In this document: positions 26,241 to 38,722 of the stretch, piece after piece
Layout: each line of letters begins with the position of its first letter
Numbering within the stretch: the stretch's first letter is position 1
Notes under the pieces: generated by a model
What the model saw: only the letters and a program-made list of their open reading frames with translations
Databases searched by the model: none
Told to the model about the DNA's origin: nothing
Program-made: the position numbers and the translations under genes
DNA from: Octopus vulgaris
Taxonomy: Eukaryota
DNA length: 64,000 nucleotides
Assembly (NCBI GenBank): GCA_951406725.2
Contig: OX597817.1
Coordinates: forward strand, 6,448,001 to 6,512,000
Reading direction: 5' to 3'

Positions 26241-26558
26241 AGAAGAGCGCCATAGATATCATGTGAAATTGGTTGAACGATATTTCGGCATTTAGCGTGC
26301 CTTCCACAGGTTCAAACATTAAATGTCAGTCTACTACAATTTCTTTTTTGTTAAGGTTATATAGGAGGACTGAGGTAACTCCTGCAGAAGTTATAGCGAA
26401 ATAGAGAAGGCACGCTATATGCCGAAATATCGTTGAACCAATTGCACATGATAACTATGGCACTCTTCTGGAGGAGTTACCTCAGTCCTATGTAATCTTA
26501 ACAAAGAGAAATTGAAGTAGACTCACATGTAAATTTTGAACCTGTGGAAGGCACGCTA
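26241..26558. mobile_element. Two inverted, circularly permuted ~141-145-bp monomers carrying a hammerhead motif
   Basis: 26241-26390 reads X-Y; 26406-26558 is the reverse-complement of Y-X. Each monomer is terminally redundant (agaag; gaaggcacgcta). Confidence 0.85.
26273..26315 (-). ncRNA. Minimal type I hammerhead motif (A6U core variant)
   Basis: Minus strand: ttgaac CTGTGGA a ggca cgctaaa tgcc GAAA ta TC gttcaa. 6-bp stem I, 4-bp stem II, palindromic ATAT in place of stem III. Confidence 0.65.
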
Positions 26559-26567
26559 GATAGAAAA

Positions 26568-26822
26568 ACAACTATCAAAGGCTTTCTTGTAGTCTATCCG
26601 TACCATACTCAAGTTCTTTTTGACCCGGCGATTCTCTACAATCATTTTACTTATGGATAATTGATCTTTGCACTCATATTAATTCCTTTTACAGCCTTTT
26701 TGAGCTTGTTGAAGGATTGACCTCTGTTCAAGGAAGACGTGTAGTCTATCTTGGCTGTGAGGATCTTGTAGGTGGTGTTGAGAAATGTTATTGGTCGGCT
26801 GTTGTTTGGATGTTTTGTGTCT
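26568..26822 (-). pseudogene. R4/Dong-like RT fragment (domains 1-3)
   Basis: DTKHPNNSRPITFLNTTYKILTA / RLHVFLEQRSILQQAQKGCKRN*YECKDQLSISKMIVEN..KKNLSMVRIDYKKAFDS. Confidence 0.9.
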
Positions 26823-26842
26823 TTATTGTTTGGTAGCTAGTA

Positions 26843-27644
<802 letters not shown>

Positions 27645-28791
27645 CGTACATAAGTATATCATTATTAACATGTTGCTCATTTTTATTGGTGATTCTTTTT
27701 CTATTGGTGGTGGAAATGGTATTTTCTTTACTGTTATAATTCTAATTATCCTTCACATTATTTTTGTTGTTGATGTCGTCGTTGTTGTTGTAGCTATTGT
27801 TCTTGCTGTTGTTGCTGCTGCTTCTCCATCTGTTCTTATTGCTATTTTCATTATTATAAATCAGTATTAATATTATTCTAATAATTCATGATTTACAACA
27901 ACAGCAATGAATTCGATAATTGAGGTAAATACGAAGGATAATAAATATGTATAAAAGAAAATAATACAAAATGATATTCACAAGAATAGCATCAACAGCA
28001 AAAGCAGCAGCAACTCAGCAAGGAAATATTACAACAGCAATAATGCAAGTAACAATTAGATGTTGGAGCTTTAACATATAAGTTTAATAGAATGAAAAAA
28101 AATTTATCCATTTTGCACATACTTGTAATACCTTTATCTCCTGGGGTTCGTTAATCAGCATTAAAATGTATTTTTGCAAAGAATGCGACTGTGAGTTTCC
28201 TATAAATTTCATGCTAAAATGAATAAGGAGTAAAAACAAAATATGTTATTCAGCTGAGTATAATATACACATTTTAAAAAGAAATAATATATTCATATTA
28301 ACGCTTTCAGATTATCTATTGTATGGCCCATCTCTTAATAATGTCCGGGAATTTACTGTGGTTCCACCTTTCCAACATACTTCATCGATATAGTTGCTGA
28401 TCAAAATTGCTGATATAATTTCTATTGTTATGATCCGAAGTTTTGAATAGTAAATATCATTGTTTGATACGATGTGAAAGATGGGGTAGCGACAGGTCCA
28501 GAATGATGTGTATGATTTTTAATGATGTTATCATGATTATTAGACAAATATATTATATATGACTGAATAGGCTTATGGAAAATGGATACTGAGAGGAATC
28601 TTTTATTTATTAATATCTCTTCGCATTTACCTGAAATAAAGAAGGGGATTGATGTACTGTGCTTGCTCGAAAATTTCATTTTTGTTTTGCGGTTTATGTT
28701 TTACACCATATTTTCAAAGATTCAAGATTTTTGTCTATAAAGTGCACATACGCACACACACACAGGCGTCACACACCACAAACACACACAA

Positions 28792-28835
<44 letters not shown>

Positions 28836-29323
28836 CAACACCGCATTTACTTCCACACATACACATACACACTCGCAGTCACAGACACAAAATGTCTTTG
28901 AGCATAGTCACGGTTGTCGCTCTCGAGAATTCCAATCAAATTTAAAAGTCGATTCAATGCTATGAATCATACACATTTGAAATACTATTCCGGGTTCTTA
29001 ATGTCATAATTCGTCTGAATCTTATAACGATAATCCTGCTCGTAATAAAACCTGTTTTATTTTGTGCTGAATTAATGTGCTGAATTTTCTGCTGAATTAA
29101 TTGTGTTGAATTCATCATCGTCATGGAACTGGTTACAAATTATATAGTGATAGATGGAATTACGATTTCTCAAATGAAACTGGGTAACAGTAATTTAAAT
29201 GTCTTTCACACAGCTGAGATAACTGAAAATGAAGATGCAGAGATACATGCAAGATATACTTATCATCTACGACAGATGTTCCCAACCACCGTGCCGTGGT
29301 CTGCAGGGCGTTTTTTGCTTTAA

Positions 29324-29547
29324 GTATTACCTATGTAATACCTGGTCGACGAGGTGACATGAATATGGGACATGGTGGTGGTGGTGGCGGCGGCGTTAGT
29401 GGTGGTGGTCAACGCTTCAACAATGACCGATCCCCAAACCAGTGGCCACAGATTGGCCCAGACATGTCGCAACGCGACAACCAGCCGTATAACAGATCCA
29501 TGGACGAATATCATGACATATGTATTATATGGATAACTAAATTATAA
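29324..29547 (+). other. Candidate coding exon or gene fragment, Gly/Asn/Gln-rich
   Basis: GC-richer island after an acceptor-like ttttttgctttaag. Reads IPGRRGDMNMGHGGGGGGGVSGGGQRFNNDRSPNQWPQIGPDMSQRDNQPYNRSMDEYHD. No convincing donor site or partner exons. Confidence 0.3.
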
Positions 29548-29814
29548 TTTATGTACTATATTTTGTTATGCTATGAATGTGATACCTCGGTCTGTGGAAG
29601 ATTTCCCTTGCATGATGTAGGTATGTGGCGCGCTAGTCTACCGAATAGTCTTGCAGCCCTCCTGCTAAACCTCTATTTTATTAAAAACTCTTCAGGATGC
29701 TTTCGTTTTGGGCATTTTGTGCTTATTTTGCCAAACTTAAGTAGAAAACTAAATTGAAGTTATAAACAATTAAAAGGAGTAGGTATAGATATATATATAT
29801 ACACACTCCACGTT

Positions 29815-30012
29815 TCCTACACAATTCAGACTGGCGATACATAAATAAACTACAGCACAATTTAACGTTATCGCAAAAACGAATCAAAGAAGAAAAAGAT
29901 CCCATCGCTTTCAAACGACACGTGGAAAAATTTCTTCAAGGGAAACCAAATAAGTCAACTATACCTGAATAGACCTACATCAACAATTTCCTACTTGACT
30001 GGGCCATCATAC
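29815..30012 (+). pseudogene. CR1-like LINE ORF2 3' end
   Basis: RIKEEKDPIAFKRHVEKFLQGKPNKSTIP followed by NFLLDW, like the CR1 terminus FKxxLDxFLxxIPDxP..NSLxxW. Confidence 0.6.
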
Positions 30013-30577
30013 CACAAAATGAGACTTCAAAATGAGTGAATAGCTCCTATAATATGGTGCTATTAAGTTAGATATGTAGTAAGTCTATGCTTTTCTAAGT
30101 TCCACTCTCTCTCTCTATCTTTCTCTCTCTCTCCATATATATATGTATATATATAAACCATATACATAAGTGCGTGGAGAGTTAAGTATGAGTGTGAATG
30201 TCTGAATATATATATATTCACGTATACGTATATAATAGGTACAACATATACATATATATGTGAGAATATGTTGTACATATGTGCATGTATACAGAAATAT
30301 AAATTGTAAATATAAGTATGAGTGTTTGTGTATGTGCACACACATTATGTATGTGTACAGATATATTCATGGCATAGAATATGCTGCCGTGAAGCAGTGG
30401 ATTCCTTTGAGTAAAAGGTACCTCATTAATTAAGTCAATTATTTAAAGTAATTAATATTACTAACGTCATCCAGCGAAGAATCTCACAAAAACATGCTTT
30501 CGCCCACACAGACGACTACAGAAAAAGATAGAACGTAATCAGGTAAGTAAATGCAGCCACACGCACTAGTGCATACG

Positions 30578-30578
<1 letters not shown>

Positions 30579-30674
<96 letters not shown>
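30579..30674. repeat. (TA)n microsatellite
   Basis: Read directly from the sequence. Confidence 0.99.
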
Positions 30675-30676
<2 letters not shown>

Positions 30677-31229
30677 CAAGAAAAAATTATAAAAAGGCAG
30701 AATGCTAACTTGAAAGAAAATTTTAATGAAAATGGGTATATGGAAGATTTTGAAAAATTGATAAAATATTTATATATTAATTCAAACTGGTTTTCGTCAT
30801 AATGTGTATTTTCAAGAATTGTAAAGAAAAAAATTTTTTTTCAATTTGAGGAGGGGGAAAAAAGAAAATTACATTGTTTTTTGCCAAAAAATAATAATAA
30901 ATATATACAAAAATTTAAAAAAATAGGTACTCCGATACATTGTAAAGTCTATGTGTATCTTGAGTTTAATGATAGTTCACGAAAAAATTACCTTGGATTA
31001 TTGAGATCCATGGGATTAAATCAATGTGTTGTTTAATTTAATTAAGGGTGTCTCTTAAGTGAATGGCAAAACAGGAAGTAGTATATATATAGGGAGATAT
31101 ACTCACATAGCAAGTAATTTGATCTGAGATCGTGTGCTGAAACGAAAACAATTGCAGCGTGGAAGGTGTTTATAAGCCATTTAAGAAACACACAAAAGCC
31201 GTTCGATTCACTTCAACATTTAAGTTTAA

Positions 31230-31279
31230 TTTGTCAAAATATTTTCGTCGCTAAAATCCGCGACCTGTTCACTGACAAA
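31230..31279 (-). ncRNA. Minimal type I hammerhead ribozyme motif, G3-C8 variant
   Basis: Minus strand: tttgtca GTGAACA g gtcgc ggatttta gcgac GAAA atat TT tgacaaa. 7-bp stem I, 5-bp stem II, palindromic tetraloop. Lies in a ~205-bp unit (31091-31296) between (TA)n runs. Confidence 0.75.
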
Positions 31280-31295
31280 GTCCGTGCTGCATCCA

Positions 31296-31335
<40 letters not shown>

Positions 31336-31718
31336 GGGTATGTATGTGTGTGTGTTAGGGAGAGAGATGGGGAGAGGTATAATATATATATAGATTGCTA
31401 TAGTTACAAAATTCCTATGGATGTACGGATATATATAATACATTATATTACAAGCACACAAAAAAAGAACACACACACAAACGCGCACGCACGCAAACAA
31501 ACATACGTTGCAATATCCGAAGAATGTGAAAAAAGTGTTCAATACATATTCTAAGGGATATATTTCTTTACATTAAAAGTGAGAGCTTATACCTGTCACA
31601 AAATAATAGGTACGATGTGCCTGTGTCCCTAAATATTCTTCATTGATACATTGTACATTTAAAAAAAATATTTAGTGAACATTCTGTGAACTTTGAATTT
31701 AACATGTATTTTCGAATA

Positions 31719-32518
31719 TGTCTTGCCAGCATATTGTTCTGATGTCCACTGAATTTTTCTTTAGAGAACATTCTTTTCTTTGTAGTTTGATCGTAGGTTA
31801 TCTACTTCTAGCGTATGACTGACCACATAGTGGTTTTTAGCCCTTATAAATATACACATGAATTAGAATTTTCTCTGATTTTTCAGATTTTTGTATGCCA
31901 GGCTACTGGTTTTAAATTGATATTAATTAAATTAATATTCAAGTTATCTCCATCATTATTTGAATGTTAAAATAAATATGTTCTCTAATAGGCAGCACTA
32001 ACTGCAGTAAATTATTTACTGCAGATTTTGTTTCCGGAATTTAGTGCGCCAGAACTTCGACATTTGAAATTAACCTCAATGTAATCGGTGGAACTAAGCA
32101 CGTGTCTGTTTTTATACGGAAAATTGGTGGTTAGTTTTACAAATTATATTGCTTGTGGAACGATCGTACTGACGAGTCCTACGAACGATTACGATTACGT
32201 AAGTGATTTATTCGTTAATAGGCGAAACCGCCGGTCAACGATTAATTCTTGTTCTTTATATAATTTTCATCTGTCTTGCCCGCATATTGTTCTGGTGTCC
32301 GCTGAATCTTTCTCTAGAGAACATTCTTTTCTTTGTAGTTTGATCGTTGGTGATCTACTTCTTGCATATGACTGACCACATAGTGGTTTTTACCTCTTAT
32401 AAATATACACATGTATTAGAATTTTCTCTGATTTTTCAGATTTTTGTATGCTAGGCTACTGGTTTTAAATTGATATTAATTAAATTAATATTCAATTTAT
32501 CTCCCTCATTATTTAAAT

Positions 32519-32521
<3 letters not shown>
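31719..32521 (+). mobile_element. Partial tandem repeat (553-bp period, ~1.45 units), retrozyme or pseudo-LTR-like
   Basis: 250-bp direct repeats at 31719-31968 and 32272-32521 with a hammerhead in the spacer; ends at (TA)n. Confidence 0.8.
32163..32242 (+). ncRNA. Type I hammerhead ribozyme motif with canonical core
   Basis: atcgt-a CTGACGA g-t-ccta[long stem-loop]tagg-c GAAA cc gcc gg TC a-acgat. All core nucleotides are present with a GUC triplet; the first stem I pair is an A.A mismatch. Confidence 0.8.
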
Positions 32522-32564
<43 letters not shown>

Positions 32565-32723
32565 ATTTTATTATTATTTTTTATTTCGTATATTTTTCAC
32601 TTGTTTATTGTTTTGGTTTTGTGTTGAGTTTGATCTGAGAACATAGACTTTTTGTGGAGAATGGCGATTAGACGTCTATATCTAGCATGTTGACTGTCCA
32701 CTTTTCGTGTTCAGTCCTTAATT

Positions 32724-32758
<35 letters not shown>

Positions 32759-32759
32759 T

Positions 32760-32945
32760 TATTCTTTCTTTTACTTGTTTCAGTGAGTTGACTGAGGCCA
32801 TGCTGGAGCACCCGTTTTGGGTTTTTAGTTGAATAATTTGAACACTGGACTTATTTTTATTCTTTCAATAATTTTTACCGAACCGGTGATAGGGTGGGGG
32901 TCAAACCAGACACGAAGACACATACACGCGTACATACACACACAC
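32760..32945 (-). mobile_element. SINE family C, diverged 3' part
   Basis: ttttacttgtttcagtgagttgactgaggccatgctggagcac aligns with the family C tail. Confidence 0.7.
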
Positions 32946-32983
32946 ACATATGACATATATATATATATATATGTCTTCGTGTC

Positions 32984-33022
<39 letters not shown>

Positions 33023-33057
33023 AAATGGAGTTAACGCAGGTTTAAACAAGTATTTTT

Positions 33058-33221
33058 ACACACACAAACACACATACATACGCGCACACACATTAATACC
33101 AAGTAAAAAATCATAAACAAGGAGTTACAACATCTTTACTTGTGAGATTTTTGCTGCCTAGGTAACTATTTATTTATTTTTCCTTGTTAATTGTTAACAA
33201 GGTAAAAATACACTCATCTAT

Positions 33222-33298
<77 letters not shown>

Positions 33299-33591
33299 AG
33301 ACAGAGAAATGTATGTATTTCTGTATGTATATGACGTAAATATTGTAGTATATAGATAATTATGTATATATATACATATATATGCATTTGTATATATACA
33401 CATGTATTTATATCTACGCATACAAACACTCGCACGCCCCCACATACATATATATGTATATATCACTGACGCTGCATCGAATTTGACTAAGCTACACACG
33501 TTGACTATATGTATTTGTTAAACAGACTTACATGAATATTGACACAATACCTCGAGTTACATATATGTATGCCATCATACATGCATACATG

Positions 33592-33661
<70 letters not shown>

Positions 33662-34057
33662 GCACATATATATATAGATAGATATTTACATGTGTACACA
33701 CATATTTGTGTGTGTATATACATGTATATATACGCGTGCAGCTGACGTACATGCGTAGCGTGTATGTGTTTATCTGTGTATGGGCGTGCATGTGTATGTA
33801 TTTATCGATTTCCTTGTCTTCATTATATTGCCCACACGTTAACTGACGGTTTCTCAAATGACAGTGAGACTCATTTGATATAATCACATTTCCTTGTTCT
33901 TATATTAACGATTTACCCTATTGGGAAGATCGATATCGTCTTTAAAGAGAAATTCATGTTTCATGTCTTTTAATTACTTCATTTATGATTGATTAATTTT
34001 ATGATTTTTTACTTGGTATTAATGTGTGTGCGCGTATGTATGTGTGTTTGTGTGTGT
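33058..34057. repeat. Perfect 60-bp inverted repeat pair bracketing ~880 bp
   Basis: 33058-33117 is the exact reverse-complement of 33998-34057 and includes non-simple sequence (attaataccaagtaaaaaatcataaa). Confidence 0.9.
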
Positions 34058-34555
34058 GCGCGTATGTATGTGTGTTTGTGTGTGTAGCTATTTTATTTTC
34101 ATATTCGATTTAATGAACATCATTGTCATCGCCGCTACATTTTCATCGTCGTCGTCGCAGTCGTCATCATCATCATCATCATCGTCGTCGTCGTTCTCGT
34201 AGTCGTTATTATTAATACTTGCATTATTTCCGACTTATCTTTCTTCCCATCATTAATCAGCTACATTTAAAAATGGCTCTGCACCCTACAGTGATCTTGA
34301 AGTTGAAATATTGTGCTATAAGAAAATATTTGTAATATATATTTTCCTGTCTTATCACTCTAATCTTTATGCTCCTCAGCATATGGAGAAAAAAGTTTTA
34401 TTTCAAAATAGATCCTGTTATTATGATGAAAATAAAATTCCTCTTCTCTAGCGGTGCGATTTCCGCGTGTTATTTCATCTTATTTAAAGAGTTTAGAGTA
34501 TTATTTAAGTAATTTAGCAATTTTGGACAAATTATGAATTGTTTATTAATAGTTA

Positions 34556-34733
34556 TCGCCAAGCTAATATGGCAGCCCCGAAATATAGGACGAATGCTTA
34601 GCAAGGGGAAGTTCGAAGGTTATAATGGACACAGGTTCGTGTGTCACATAGCTAGCTAGAGGTGATGGCCTCTTGGAGCTAATCAACGACAGCATTCGTC
34701 CTATATTTCGGGACTGCTATATTAGCTTGGCGA
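34556..34733. repeat. Fold-back element with 43-bp arms (MITE-like)
   Basis: 34556-34598 pairs with 34691-34733 with 2 differences. Confidence 0.85.
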
Positions 34734-35953
34734 ACATTATTAATATCCCGTACCGGTGCCGTAGTCTCCTTTAGGGAGACTTAGAAATAATAATATATTT
34801 ATAAATTGTTTGTTGATTGAATAATGAACTGAACTGAAACCAAAACTATAACTTTTACGCCTAAGCCTTCATAATGAGTCCATAAAAAGATTATCTATAT
34901 CTTAAAAGTGTGCGCTTGCGTACACACACACATTGTCCCTAATAGTCTCATATTACACACGCATCGACATAAATATTCACACATCGTCATGCACATACAT
35001 TCTCCGCCATCTACAACTGATTACATGCAGATATCTTTATATCAACACTCTGCTATGGGCAAATGAGCAACTTTAAAACTTATCGAAATAGGACTATTGC
35101 ATACCCGGGCAGCAGTGCACTAAAATGCCTTTTTTTTTTTATTTGGCCGGCAATTCCAACTAATAACTCGGTCTTTCTTTCAGAAAATGTTTCCTTTAAA
35201 TGATGTTTTGTTCTCAATGTTGTGTCGATTTTCTTAATGATGCCGGTGATAACGGTATAGGTCGTCGGTGAAAGATAAGACTGAGGCAGCAATGACGACA
35301 GCTTCGAGGGAATAGGCGAAGAAAATATCGCACATCTAATTGAACGGGAATGAAAGCAACATCTGTGCAAATGAAAAGGTCAACGCGGTCGATATTACTT
35401 TGATGTATAACCTGCTAGAATTTCTAACCGAATCCTTCTAAGAAAATAACACAATATCTGCTTAAGAAACAGGGTTCGTTAAATACTTTTACATTAATCA
35501 ATTATTAATAAAATGAAGTGATGGTAGTCTAAAGTGGAAAATCTTTCGTGTATAGTTTGCATTACCGGGGCCGATTCAAATCCTTAAATGAAAACAAACA
35601 TAAAGATTTGAAAAAGCACCTAGGTAAAATTAAAACTCAAATTATAAAATGCGTATCCATTAATATCATTTTCGGGACGATAATTATCATGTATCAAAGT
35701 AAAGTCACACAATATAGGGTGTAGTTTCCAGTGGATTTTACTGACTGATGTACCACAAAACACATAATTAACGATATTCTAAGGATCCAAATTCTACTAA
35801 ATACCGCTTATTGAAAACGATATTCATCGTCCGCCATAATTATATAATATATAATATATATATATATTTACTTTATTTATAAAGCATATTACTCTACCCC
35901 TGGTATTTGAGTACTCTTTTTTGCACCTTGTTTCACATTTATATGTTTACTCC

Positions 35954-36000
<47 letters not shown>

Positions 36001-36149
36001 GATTCTCCCTTCGAAGACTATGTATGGGCGTTCAGGTTTTGCCGTACGTCCTGCACAAATGATTTGTTTCTAGTGATCCGTTTTTCCTTTCCGCATATTA
36101 GATCACACTCTCGATTAAATCGACGTTCCCTAAATAGGTCTACGGTGTA

Positions 36150-36250
36150 CCACCCGTCAAAAGTGTATTGCTCAAGAACACAACGTATCTAGGAATTGAA
36201 CTGACGATCGCTAGATCGTAAGTGCAACGCCCTAACCACGAGTCCATACA
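36150..36250 (-). mobile_element. Diverged tRNA-SINE head (family D-like)
   Basis: aagtgtattgctcaagaacacaacg...ggaattgaac...gccctaaccac resembles 56053-56165. Confidence 0.55.
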
Positions 36251-36553
36251 GGGTGTGAAAGGTAAATTATTGCCATTTTATATTTTTCATTTCGCGCTTG
36301 AGCATTGTTTGTTTTTCATTCACAGCTTAGTACGATCAGTTGGGCACCGTCTGTTTGAATCGCTGAGTCTCCAGAGAAAACGAGATAGAGAAGGAGACAT
36401 TTCTCTCTCCCCGGATCTGAACGAATGTGTGTGCTGGGAAAGAACAATATGGAGATTGCCGATGAGAGAATTTGGAAGCCCGATTAAAAAGACATGTGGA
36501 ATTAGGAGAATAAAACAAAAATGTAAAAGTAGCTGTTGATCAACTCAAACACG

Positions 36554-36590
<37 letters not shown>

Positions 36591-37767
36591 CACATACAAC
36601 ACACGCATACGCACATACTACGCACATACGCAAACACTGATATGCACATGGATAAAAGACACGAATATTTAGAGTTTGACGTGCAATTTTTACTACGGTA
36701 AACAGCAATATGAGGCAGATCAAGTGACACCGCCTCCTTTCCATTAACTCAGTTCATCTGTCAAACACCTAAAATTTATTTCAATACAAAGCAAAACTGA
36801 CTATTAAATATCAATAAAATTCCAAGAAGGTTATTATTAATATTGGTCAATTTTAATTTACGCGCTATGTGTTCTTATTTATCACGAGAGCCATGTTAAG
36901 GATATAAAGTTAATGCATTTTTTACGTGTGCAGTGGAAATGACATAAAAATATACGAACATATATAAATGACAAGAAATACTTTGGACATGGTCTGAGCA
37001 TGAAGTGTCATGAGCTAACATTTTATTCTGAATAACTCACTACTGAAAAGGGGTAATAATTTTTCATAGTCAAAATATCATTGTGTAATGTACAAATAAA
37101 AATTATAATAAATCAATTCTCACTGCAGTAAAATATTTCTTGCTGGAAATTAGTTTAGATTTTTGTAAGATAACATAGGAAACTATCACATTGATTAAAA
37201 TAAACATAAACCAGACAATCTGGACTATAATGATCAAGTATAGCGATTCGGTCCCACTGTATAAAAGTAAATAATTACCCGAATCCAATACATGTGCTTC
37301 CGGATATCATAACAAAAAAGCGCTACTTGTATATTTGGAATAAAGATGTGTATATGCAACTAGATTAATATGCTTGGATTTTATTACGGCTAGTGTGAGA
37401 AAACATAGAATAATATTAGTATATTTACATAAGTTTCCTTCGGATGTCTTTTAACTAAATCTAAAATCTGTGACATACTAGATTATTTGGGCTCTCCGCC
37501 TGCAGTCGGAAGTTACTAGCAATGTTGCACAGAACACTAAATAATATGCAAAACCAAATTTGTTCTCTCATTCTGAATTAAAAACGTTCCTTATATTTTA
37601 GGTTCTGAATTCATTTTTAGGCAATGCATATGCAGGGAAAATTTCAGTAAATGGAGATCAACAATAATAAAACATCAGTAATATATGTATAGTTTTAACT
37701 ATTATCTTGTGAAGCATAAGCCTAATAATAATTTTACAAGCAGGCGTGGGTGAGTAATAAAAAAGCC

Positions 37768-38167
37768 GGCGCAGACGTGGATGTGTGGTAAGAAGCTTGC
37801 TTCCCAACCGTATGATATGAGGTTCAATCTCACTGTGTGAAACCTTGGACAGGTGTCTTCTACTATAGACTCGGGCCGACCAAAGACTTGTGAGTGGATT
37901 TGCTAGACAGAAACTGAAAGTAGCCCGTGGATATACATATTTTTATATGTATGTGTGTCTGTGTTTGCCGCCCTCACCCCACTATCGTCTGACAACCGAT
38001 GTTGGTGTGTTACTGTCCCCGTAACTTAGCGGCTCGGCAAAAGACACCGATAAAGTAAGTACTAGGCTTACAAAGAATAAATCGTGGTGTCGATTTCTTC
38101 GATAAAAAAAAAAACCTTTAAGGCTTGCCCCAGCATGGCCACAGTCACATGACTGAAACATGTAAAG
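37768..38167 (+). mobile_element. SINE family C, diverged full length
   Basis: ggcgcagacgtggatgtgtggtaagaagcttgc...accttggacaggtgtcttctactatag...catgactgaaacatgtaaag. Confidence 0.9.
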
Positions 38168-38498
38168 CAATAACAGAATAGAATAATAATGTATCTATTA
38201 TGTTTTCCATCTAAAAATACATAGAAAACAACCACTGACAGAGCTGGTATCATTAACACCACCTGAAGTATTAGTATTGCTATTACCTTCCAGTAGCACC
38301 AATTTTTTTTATATATCATCATTACGATCACCATTGAAGTTACGATGACTAACAATACCAACAATAGGTAGTACAACTGGTATAAAAGTAGGGCGTGAAA
38401 CGATTTATGGGTCACATCAACCGAAACAGTATCAATATCAGCATCGAGACATCGGAACAAAACTGTAACAAGTAGCTATAGCAACAGCCTCTCTATTT

Positions 38499-38537
<39 letters not shown>

Positions 38538-38722
38538 ATACTACTACTACTACTACCACCACCACCACCACCACCACCACCACCACCACCACCACCACCA
38601 CCACTACCACCACCACCACCACCGCGACTACTACTACTACTACTACCAATACCACCACCACCACAATTACTACTACTACTACTACTACTAGCACCCCCCA
38701 CTACTACTGCTGCTGCTGCTAC
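38499..38722. repeat. (ACT)n/(ACC)n compound microsatellite
   Basis: Read directly from the sequence. Confidence 0.97.

Noticed and set aside
30490-30525. Other partial hammerhead-like strings (here, ~52395-52450, ~59530-59565, ~63805-63820)
   Set aside because: Each lacks two or more required elements and cannot be distinguished from chance by eye.
31719-32521. Direct repeats read as the LTRs of a TRIM or LTR element
   Set aside because: Copies start with TG but do not end in CA, and I see no primer-binding site, polypurine tract or TSD. A partial tandem with an HHR fits better.
33838-33892. Minus-strand gtgatta..8-bp hairpin..gaaaccgtc resembling a G3-type hammerhead
   Set aside because: Stem I is not complementary and the core is imperfect.
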